This document shows positions 6,420-12,692 of a stretch of 30,702 bases of DNA, piece after piece. The position numbers were made by a program, and so were the translations under genes. Numbering within the stretch: the stretch's first letter is position 1; each line of letters starts with the position of its first letter. The notes below the pieces were generated by a model that did no database searches, was not told where the DNA came from, and saw only the letters and a program-made list of their open reading frames with translations. This stretch comes from a virus (taxonomy: Duplodnaviria > Caudoviricetes): the IMG/VR virus record IMGVR_UViG_3300037465_000354, positions 1 through 30,702 of that record; one strand, written 5' to 3'.

Positions 6420-7315
6420 GAGGCCTCCTCGAGGACCACGGTCCCTCGGCGCTTCGTCTCGATCCACGAGGCCGCTTCCGCGTGCGCCGCGGTCCACGCG
6501 GCGAAGGCGTGCAGCCCGCGGAAGGCCCGCCAGGCGGGCGCGAGCTCGTCGACCCGCGGGAAGACGAACTCCCAGCTGTCGCGGGCGATGTGGAGGATGC
6601 CCACCGCGTCCACCGAGCGCAGGACCGCGGTGGCGGCCTCGTTGACCGTGTCGTCCTCGCCCACGTGCTCGGCCATGAGGTAGGCCATGAGCTGGAGGAG
6701 ATGCTCACCGTAGAGCCCGCCGCCTGTCTTGATGTCGACGAGGGACGTCCTGCCCGAGGGGAGCCGACAGAGCAGGTCGAAGGTGCCCGCGTAGCCGATC
6801 GAGAGGTGCCATACCTGTCGCTCCGCGAGGAGCACCTGCGCCTCGCTCACGCGCCGCCAGTCGAGGTACTGCGCGAGGCGTGGCCGGACCTCCGCGCCGT
6901 CGACCTCGATGTCCCGCCCGGCACGTCGCAGGGTGACGACGTCCGGCACGTCGGAGGGTGTCATGCCCGCCGCGGCCACGTCGTGAACGACCGTGCCCAG
7001 GGCGGCCGCCGCATCACGCTCCTCGGTGGATGCGGCGCGGAGCCAGCGGGCGGCCTCCTCACGGCGGTTCCTCTCGACGGCCCGCTCCCGCCTGCGCGGC
7101 TCACGGGTGAGCATCCGGCCCAGCTCGTCATACTCGCCCACCGCGCGGTCCACGACCCTGCGCAGCTGCCAGGACGCGAGCCCGAGGGGCACGCCGGCCA
7201 TGCGCCGGATGCTCGTGACCGAGGGAAGGTCCCGACCCTGCCAGCGGTAGTAGCGCAGCCCGCTCTCCGGGTCGGCGTAAGCGTTGCGGGGTCCGGCCTC
7301 GATGGTGACGCTCAC
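6416..7315 (-). CDS. PD-(D/E)XK exonuclease (RecB/Cas4-like)
   Basis: LPSVTSI, GTVVHD, YAGTFDL, VDIKTG, QLMAY motifs; GTG 7315 overlaps the primase stop. Confidence 0.88.
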   Translation of the reverse strand: MSVTIEAGPRNAYADPESGLRYYRWQGRDLPSVTSIRRMAGVPLGLASWQLRRVVDRAVGEYDELGRMLTREPRRRERAVERNRREEAARWLRAASTEERDAAAALGTVVHDVAAAGMTPSDVPDVVTLRRAGRDIEVDGAEVRPRLAQYLDWRRVSEAQVLLAERQVWHLSIGYAGTFDLLCRLPSGRTSLVDIKTGGGLYGEHLLQLMAYLMAEHVGEDDTVNEAATAVLRSVDAVGILHIARDSWEFVFPRVDELAPAWRAFRGLHAFAAWTAAHAEAASWIETKRRGTVVLEEAS

Positions 7316-9660
7316 GTCTCCTCCTCCTCGTCGCAGGCCAGGCAGATCCAGCCGCCGATGGTGTTCCGGTGGTGGTCGCGGTGATCCTCGTAGTGCCGGC
7401 AGTGGCGCAGCCAGCCACTGACTTCTGCGCACCTTCCGCGCACCTTCTGCGCACCTTCTGCGCAATCGTGGTGAGCACTTACGCGCACTTCTGCGCGCTT
7501 CTCCACGCTTGCGGAGTCGTTTTCGCGATCCGCCCCCGTCCCGAATAGTGCGCGAAAGTCGCGAAAGTCGGCCTTTCGGGTCACGAGACGCAGCTCCGAG
7601 CGCTTCCGGCCGCGCGTGCGGACCGGCACGACCTCGGCCAGCCCGAGCCGACAGAGGTCGTCGATGGCGACCTGGCGCCTGATCGGGTCGCGAACGAAGT
7701 ACTTGCTGATGACGCTCTGTGGCAGGCTGTGGCCGTCGGCCTCCAGGAGCATGCGCAGCAGGTGGGTGGCGCTGGCATCCCCCAGCGCGGACCCGAAGGC
7801 GTAGCTGAGCCCTGCCCGCGCGTACTCGGTGAGCGCCACCGCGCGCATGACGTGCTCGCGCGCCACCACGCGGGAGCGCTCCACGGCGGCGTGGACGAGC
7901 CCCATGCGGAAGGCGATGACGCCGTACCGCCGGGTCATGTCCGCGGCCAGCCCGACCGATTCGCTGCGCAGGTACTCGTCGTACTCGGAGAGCAGGTCGT
8001 CCACGCCCGGCCCGGGGTCGATGCGCGGCGGCGACTTGATCGCCGCGCGGTGTGCCTCGGCCAACGCCTCGGTCATCTCCATCGGCAGGACCGGTTCGCT
8101 CGACACGACGCGGACGGACCGGCGCCGGACCGGCAGCCACAGCCAGCGGTTGCCCGAGCCCGTCTTCGTGAGGCCCCGATCGGCCCTCGCCTGGAGCTCC
8201 TCGGGCGTGATGGCCACGAGTCCCGAGAGGTAGTATGGCTCGGGCACGAAGATCGTCTCGCCCACCCTGCGATGCGCGAGCTGCTTGCCGTCGAAGGCGC
8301 TGCGCATGCGCGAGTCGAGGTTGGAGCCCTCGCGCCCCGAAGCCGCCAGGAAGGTCGCGTACTCCTCCTCGAAGAGCACGCCCGTGGGCACGCCGAACGT
8401 CTCGCGCGCCCGGTCCAGGAGCGCCCTCACGAGCGCCTCGCCCGAGGCGATGCCGTCGAAACGGGCACGGTTGACGGCGTCCATGCCCAGGCTGTTGCCG
8501 AGCGCGTCGCGGACACGGTACATGGCCGTACCCTTGCGCCCGATGGAGGACTTGCCCACGAGCGCCACGAAGGGGCTCGAGGGGTGCCGGCCATGCCAGT
8601 AGCCCCAGGCCGGCACGAGAGCCCCACAGAAGGCCACGAGCGAGCCCAGGATGCCCTCGGCCGCGGCGTCGGTGCCGCCCAGCAGGAAGTCGGTGACCTC
8701 GCCCAGCAGCCCGCCGAACGCGAGGGGCCCGGGCAGCGGAGGGAAGAGCGACTCGTCGTCGGAGGGCGCCATCATCGGCGGCTCGTCGTGCTGCACGACT
8801 CGTACCTCGCCCGTCTCGGGGTCCTCCTCGACGGGGTCCGCGGGGAACCTCGTGAGCGCCTCGCCGATGGCGCGGCGCACCTCGTCGGCCGTCTTTGGCG
8901 CGGGCAGCCGCTCGTTGAGGGCCCACACGGCCGCGAAGAGCGCGTCGGGGTCGCGCACGGTACCCGCGTAGTGTCGGGCCCGGTCGCGCAGGAACTCGTG
9001 GCGATGGCCGATGGGCACGTCCTCGGGGCGCACGGGACCATCGACGACGATCGTGCCAGGCGCCGCTCGCTCGCCCTCGACGGCCGCACGTGCCCAGGAC
9101 TCGGGCAGGTCGGCCACGTCGAGCACCGTGCCCTCGGCGGGCGCGTAGACGGCCCCCGTGGCGTGCACGCTGCGCGGGCCGACGATGTATCCCTGCGCCG
9201 AGCCGCTGCCCCAGCGGGTGATCAAGCCGAACATCCTCTTGAGCGGCCGCGGGAAGCCCTCGGGCCAACGGTGGGCCACGTGCTGGCCGTGAGCCGTGTC
9301 CAGCGTCAACGTCGGCGGCCGCGGCCCGCAGCGGGCCTCCAGAGAAGCCAGACGCGATCGCTCCTCGTCGGAGTCCACGTCCCACACGAAGACGCCATCG
9401 GGCGGCACCATGCCGTAGTTGGGGTCGCTCGCCGCGGAGAGGAACGCGCGGATGCGCCCAGGATCGGTCGTGGCGTCCTGGAAGCCGTGCGCGCTCACCG
9501 GGTGCTTGCCGGGGCTGCTGCACGACCTCGCCGCGGGACAGCGGCACGTGCCGTCCGCCCGCGCCGACCATACCGGGAAGATGCCCCAGCCGCGCCCGGC
9601 GAACCAGAGCGCCGCACGGATGCGGTCGTCGGCCGTCGGACGTGGCTGGGGCGCTGCCAT
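7312..9660 (-). CDS. Bifunctional primase-polymerase fused to PriCT and a DUF3987-like P-loop helicase
   Basis: GWGIFPV..C.C..C..PGKHP, ATTD, NYG, WDVD (Prim-Pol); GHRHEFL (PriCT); VGKSSIGRKGT Walker A; C-terminal C..H..H..C..C. Confidence 0.88.
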   Translation of the reverse strand: MAAPQPRPTADDRIRAALWFAGRGWGIFPVWSARADGTCRCPAARSCSSPGKHPVSAHGFQDATTDPGRIRAFLSAASDPNYGMVPPDGVFVWDVDSDEERSRLASLEARCGPRPPTLTLDTAHGQHVAHRWPEGFPRPLKRMFGLITRWGSGSAQGYIVGPRSVHATGAVYAPAEGTVLDVADLPESWARAAVEGERAAPGTIVVDGPVRPEDVPIGHRHEFLRDRARHYAGTVRDPDALFAAVWALNERLPAPKTADEVRRAIGEALTRFPADPVEEDPETGEVRVVQHDEPPMMAPSDDESLFPPLPGPLAFGGLLGEVTDFLLGGTDAAAEGILGSLVAFCGALVPAWGYWHGRHPSSPFVALVGKSSIGRKGTAMYRVRDALGNSLGMDAVNRARFDGIASGEALVRALLDRARETFGVPTGVLFEEEYATFLAASGREGSNLDSRMRSAFDGKQLAHRRVGETIFVPEPYYLSGLVAITPEELQARADRGLTKTGSGNRWLWLPVRRRSVRVVSSEPVLPMEMTEALAEAHRAAIKSPPRIDPGPGVDDLLSEYDEYLRSESVGLAADMTRRYGVIAFRMGLVHAAVERSRVVAREHVMRAVALTEYARAGLSYAFGSALGDASATHLLRMLLEADGHSLPQSVISKYFVRDPIRRQVAIDDLCRLGLAEVVPVRTRGRKRSELRLVTRKADFRDFRALFGTGADRENDSASVEKRAEVRVSAHHDCAEGAQKVRGRCAEVSGWLRHCRHYEDHRDHHRNTIGGWICLACDEEEET
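7422..7568. repeat. Iteron-like repeats, candidate replication origin
   Basis: Four tandem 11-mers CTTC(T/C)GCGCA(C/A) at 7422-7465, two variants at 7478-7497, and opposed CGCGAAAGT x2 at 7551-7568. Confidence 0.65.
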
Positions 9661-9664
9661 CCCG

Positions 9665-10195
9665 TCAGAAGGGCATGTCGGCCTGGGCCTCCACCTGCTC
9701 GCGCAGGGGCGCGGCCACGGGCGCCGGAGCCTCGGGCGCCGGCCTGGCAGGGACCGTGGGCATGGCGCCCAGGGTCACGATGCGGGGATAGCCCTTCTCG
9801 TCGCGCCGGATGGTCGCGAGGGCCATCCGCCCGACGAGGTGTCGCTGCGGGTCGAAACGCGTCCCGCTGGCCAGCGCCTTGCCGCCCGCGAGGGCCGTGA
9901 CGTAGCCGTAATAGCGGCTCCTCTCGCTGATACGCTGGACACCGTCGGCGCCGACGCGCGGGGCGCCCACGCTCGACTCGATGATCTGGCCGTCGTCGAG
10001 CGCGAAGGTCCAGTCCTGGACCGTCTTCACGCCGAACTGACCCTCGTAAGTGCGAGTGCCATCGACGATGAACTCGCCGCTGTCGCGGTCGGTCACGCCG
10101 ATGCGCACGAGCGTCACGGGGTAGGTCCCGTCGGCGCCCGTGAAGTAGTTCTGCGGGGGGGTCCAGCTGGACCCGATCTCGACCTCGTTCGCCAT
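9665..10195 (-). CDS. Putative single-stranded DNA-binding protein
   Basis: Beta-rich core (DGTYPVTLV), Pro/Ala linker, DMPF C-terminus; directly upstream of the primase. Confidence 0.7.
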   Translation of the reverse strand: MANEVEIGSSWTPPQNYFTGADGTYPVTLVRIGVTDRDSGEFIVDGTRTYEGQFGVKTVQDWTFALDDGQIIESSVGAPRVGADGVQRISERSRYYGYVTALAGGKALASGTRFDPQRHLVGRMALATIRRDEKGYPRIVTLGAMPTVPARPAPEAPAPVAAPLREQVEAQADMPF

Positions 10196-10277
10196 CGCTC
10201 TTCACTCATCTCCGCTCGTTTTCGTTCGTGCTCCCATCCCGTGTCCCGTCACCTCTCGCCAGGCGTCCCTCCGCTGC

Positions 10278-10343
10278 TCATGCCACTCTCCAGCCCGCGT
10301 GCTCGCGCGCTTCGTTTCGCCCAGGGGTCCACGGTCGGCGCAT
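10278..10343 (-). pseudogene. Internally deleted relic homologous to ORF 11003-11224
   Basis: CADRG (15-nt identity, 10329-10343 vs 11106-11120) and RNEAREHAGW, now in different frames. Confidence 0.7.
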
Positions 10344-10350
10344 CTGGGCA

Positions 10351-11006
10351 TCACGGCGCGCCGGCCTGCCCCAGGGCCCAGCGCACCATGTCACGCACGA
10401 TGCTCGTCTCCCTCATGTCCAGGCCGGTGCTGTGCATCGCGGTGATGCGCTCGATGGCGCTGAGCGTCGCCGTCATGACCCCGCGCCCATGGCCGAGGCG
10501 GTACACGACGTCCTCCTCGAGCGGCTCCGCACCCCACACGCGGACGACCTCCGGGCCCGGCTCTGTGCCGTCGCCGCCTGGCGCGGGCCGTGAGGTGACG
10601 TGCGCATCTGCGACCTCCTGCGCCGGGTCGGGCTCGGCGGGCGGCGCCATGCGCTCGCCGACCGGGACGGGCTTCGGCCGCTCGACCGGTGATCGGCACG
10701 ACCCTGCGCCTGAGCACGTGGCCGGGCAGGTCTCCGGTGAGCCCGCGTGCCCTCATGTACCCGCGCAGGGCGTCCTGGACGGCGTTCTGGCGCACGGCCC
10801 AGGTCCTTCGCGACCGCCGGCTGGCTACCCAGCCGCTGCACGGCGTCCCAGACCTCCTGCTGGCGCTTCGTGGGTTCGCGCCTGTGCGGAGCCTCGGATC
10901 CCATGACCCACCTCCCCTCGACGAAGACCTCCCAGCGGCCGCCGGGACCCTTGTGCCTGGCGCGGCCGCGCGTGGGGTCCACCCCCGAGCCGATGGCGAT
11001 GCTCAC
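10351..11006 (-). pseudogene. HTH protein interrupted by two apparent 1-nt insertions
   Basis: Removing one C at ~10796 restores PTKRQQEVWDAVQRLGSQPAVAKDLG-VRQNAVQDAL. A second shift near 10690 joins it to PVERPKPVPVGERMAPPAEP...; 656-2=654 nt. Confidence 0.6.
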
Positions 11007-11224
11007 GCCGCGACGCTCCAGCCGGCGTGCTCGCGCGCCTCGTTGCGCAGCGCGACCATGACCCGCTCCAGGGCCAGCTGGTGCTCGGCCCAGGCGTCCC
11101 ACAGCCCACGGTCGGCGCATTCCAGTCCGAGGCGCCAGTGGTCGTCGATGGCGCGGCCCAGCTGCTCGCAGACGGCCCGCTGCGAGGTGGCGTCGCTCTG
11201 CGGCGGGAGACCCCACACGGTCAT
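11003..11224 (-). CDS. Hypothetical helical protein (73 aa)
   Basis: High-GC3 codons; the duplicate relic differs at synonymous sites, supporting this frame. Confidence 0.7.
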   Translation of the reverse strand: MTVWGLPPQSDATSQRAVCEQLGRAIDDHWRLGLECADRGLWDAWAEHQLALERVMVALRNEAREHAGWSVAA

Positions 11225-11241
11225 GGGTCGCACCGCCGAAT

Positions 11242-11335
11242 GTGGATGACTCCCCGTACCGCGGCCACCTGCGAGCGGACATGGTCGTCAAGACCTACGT
11301 CGTGACGCCGCGGGAGGTCGAGCGCTACCGCGCTG
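11242..11335 (+). pseudogene. Inverted fragment of an HTH_17 gene (wing half only)
   Basis: YRGHLRADMVVKTYVVTPREVERYR aligns with RYGALRAEKRGRDWWVTPSEVRRY of 4083-4283. Confidence 0.55.
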
Positions 11336-11339
11336 GCGC

Positions 11340-11528
11340 TCACCGGACAGCGACCTCCACCCGCCAGATGCGGGACTCCGGCCACTGGCGCACCGCGCTG
11401 GTCACGTCGATGACCCGCAGGCCCGCGGCACGCGCCTCGAGCCTCGCCGCCCGGACGGCCGCGTCGTGGCCGCGCGCTCGCACCGTCAGCGTGGCGAAGC
11501 GGCCCACCGCGTCCTCGTACGTCCTCAT
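11340..11528 (-). CDS. Hypothetical protein (62 aa)
   Basis: GGAGG RBS + ATG; beta-alpha-beta pattern. Confidence 0.7.
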   Translation of the reverse strand: MRTYEDAVGRFATLTVRARGHDAAVRAARLEARAAGLRVIDVTSAVRQWPESRIWRVEVAVR

Positions 11529-11555
11529 CCCCGCAGCCCTCCCTCTCCCCCGTCG

Positions 11556-11657
11556 TCAGAGCCAGCGCACGGCCGCGTGCGCCCCGAGCCAGAGCCAGAC
11601 GCCGGCCACGAAGAGCCACGCCAGGCGCGTCAGCAGACGATCGATGCGGGGGCTCAT
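11556..11657 (-). CDS. 33-aa single-TM peptide
   Basis: MSPRIDRLLTRLAWLFVAGVWLWLGAHAAVRWL; ATGA-coupled to a 26-codon ORF (11654-11734). Confidence 0.55.
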   Translation of the reverse strand: MSPRIDRLLTRLAWLFVAGVWLWLGAHAAVRWL

Positions 11658-11730
11658 GCGCGCCCTCGCATGAGCGCCTTCATGCCGCAGGCTCCAGCTG
11701 GCTCCAGCTGGATGTGCGGCTCAGCGGAGG

Positions 11731-11955
11731 TCACGCGACGGCCTCGACGGCCGTCTTGCCGCGCTGACCGGAGATGCGCGCCTCGATGCCGAGAGCCGCC
11801 AGCCAGCGTGACAGGGTCGGTGCCACGAGTCCGAGGTCGGCCGCGATCGTGGCCAGGGTCTCGCCCTCATCGATATAGCGCCGGCGCAGGTAGAGCTCGA
11901 TGGGCTCCCCGAGTCGGTACTCGACGATCTGCATCGTCTTGGTCTTGAGGATCAC
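11731..11955 (-). CDS. Small HTH DNA-binding protein, probably leaderless
   Basis: LRRRYIDEGETLATIAADLGLVAPTLSRWLAALGI; GTG at 11955 follows the -10 after a 6-nt gap. Confidence 0.8.
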   Translation of the reverse strand: MILKTKTMQIVEYRLGEPIELYLRRRYIDEGETLATIAADLGLVAPTLSRWLAALGIEARISGQRGKTAVEAVA

Positions 11956-11961
11956 GGCCCA

Positions 11962-11997
11962 ACAGTAAGGCCAACGCCGCTGTGTTGTCAATACAGC
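11962..11997 (-). promoter_or_regulatory. Early promoter TTGACA-N18-TACTGT with overlapping palindromic operator
   Basis: -35 at 11986-11991, -10 at 11962-11967; GCTGTGTTG-T-CAATACAGC (11979-11997, 1 mismatch). Confidence 0.75.
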
Positions 11998-12005
11998 AGC
12001 GGCCC

Positions 12006-12058
12006 AAAAACGCAAGAACTCCCCCTCCCCGGCGGAGGGGAGGGGGAGTTCTTGCGTT
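12006..12058 (-). terminator. Intrinsic terminator ending the structural operon
   Basis: Perfect 22-bp inverted repeat 12009-12030/12037-12058, 6-nt loop, T5 tract on the minus strand. Confidence 0.9.
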
Positions 12059-12081
12059 GGTGCAGGGCGGTGCGCCAAAGG

Positions 12082-12675
12082 TCAGATGGCGAAGACCCTG
12101 TAGGCCCAGAAGGCGGCGCTGGTCAGGTTGAGCGCGCCGCCGGAGGTCTGGCGGACCGTCATGGCCACGTAATCGCCGGCTGCCAGCTGGTAGAGGGCCA
12201 TGACGGTGTCGCTGTACTCGCCGCTCGACGTGGCCGTCTGGCGGGAGCGCGAGCCGGTGATCAGCGTGCCGCCGCCCGCGGTCCCATTGACCTCGAGGTA
12301 GACGGTGCGGATGCCGGCGGAGCTGGCGTCGAACGTGATACCGCCGCCGAGCAGGTAGTAGCCGCCGCCGCCCGAGGGGATGGTGATGCGCTGGTTGTTC
12401 GTGCTCGTGTCGTGGAAGGCGTCCGAATCGAAGGCGTCCGTCGCGCTGAACTGGACGCTCGTGTCGGTCGAGTCGCTGATGGACTGATTCGTCGAGCGGA
12501 TGGCCCGCACGCCGTAGAGCGCGCCCTTGAGCTTGGAGAGGGCCGAATCGGAGGTGATCCCCGACGTCGTCAGGGCGGCCTTCAACCAGTCCAGGTTGTC
12601 GCGCTGGTAGGTGTTCATCTCGGCGGCCGTCAGCGCCGCGCCGGCGGTGTAGGTCTTGGGCGTCGTCCAGGCGAT
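12082..12675 (-). CDS. Tail fibre / receptor-binding protein with C1q-like C-terminal domain (probable ATC start)
   Basis: AWTTPKTY...LTAAEMNTYQRDNL phage fibre N-terminus; QSI..VQF..D..RITIP..GYY..L.AGDYV jelly-roll pattern; AGGAG upstream of ATC. Confidence 0.8.
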   Translation of the reverse strand: MAWTTPKTYTAGAALTAAEMNTYQRDNLDWLKAALTTSGITSDSALSKLKGALYGVRAIRSTNQSISDSTDTSVQFSATDAFDSDAFHDTSTNNQRITIPSGGGGYYLLGGGITFDASSAGIRTVYLEVNGTAGGGTLITGSRSRQTATSSGEYSDTVMALYQLAAGDYVAMTVRQTSGGALNLTSAAFWAYRVFAI

Positions 12676-12692
12676 GGCTGCTGCGCTCCTCT

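Noticed and set aside
6416-7315. Cas4-like nuclease as a CRISPR component
   Set aside because: Ordinary phage PD-(D/E)XK exonuclease in a replication operon; no Fe-S cysteines and no array
7316-9571. 1051-aa ORF 6416-9571 as one protein or an overlapping gene
   Set aside because: The upstream ~750 codons are Arg/Gly/Pro-rich off-frame read of the primase; the real nuclease starts at GTG 7315
11956-12078. N-terminal extension of the HTH ORF to 12078
   Set aside because: It runs through the terminator and promoter; the GTG at 11955 fits better
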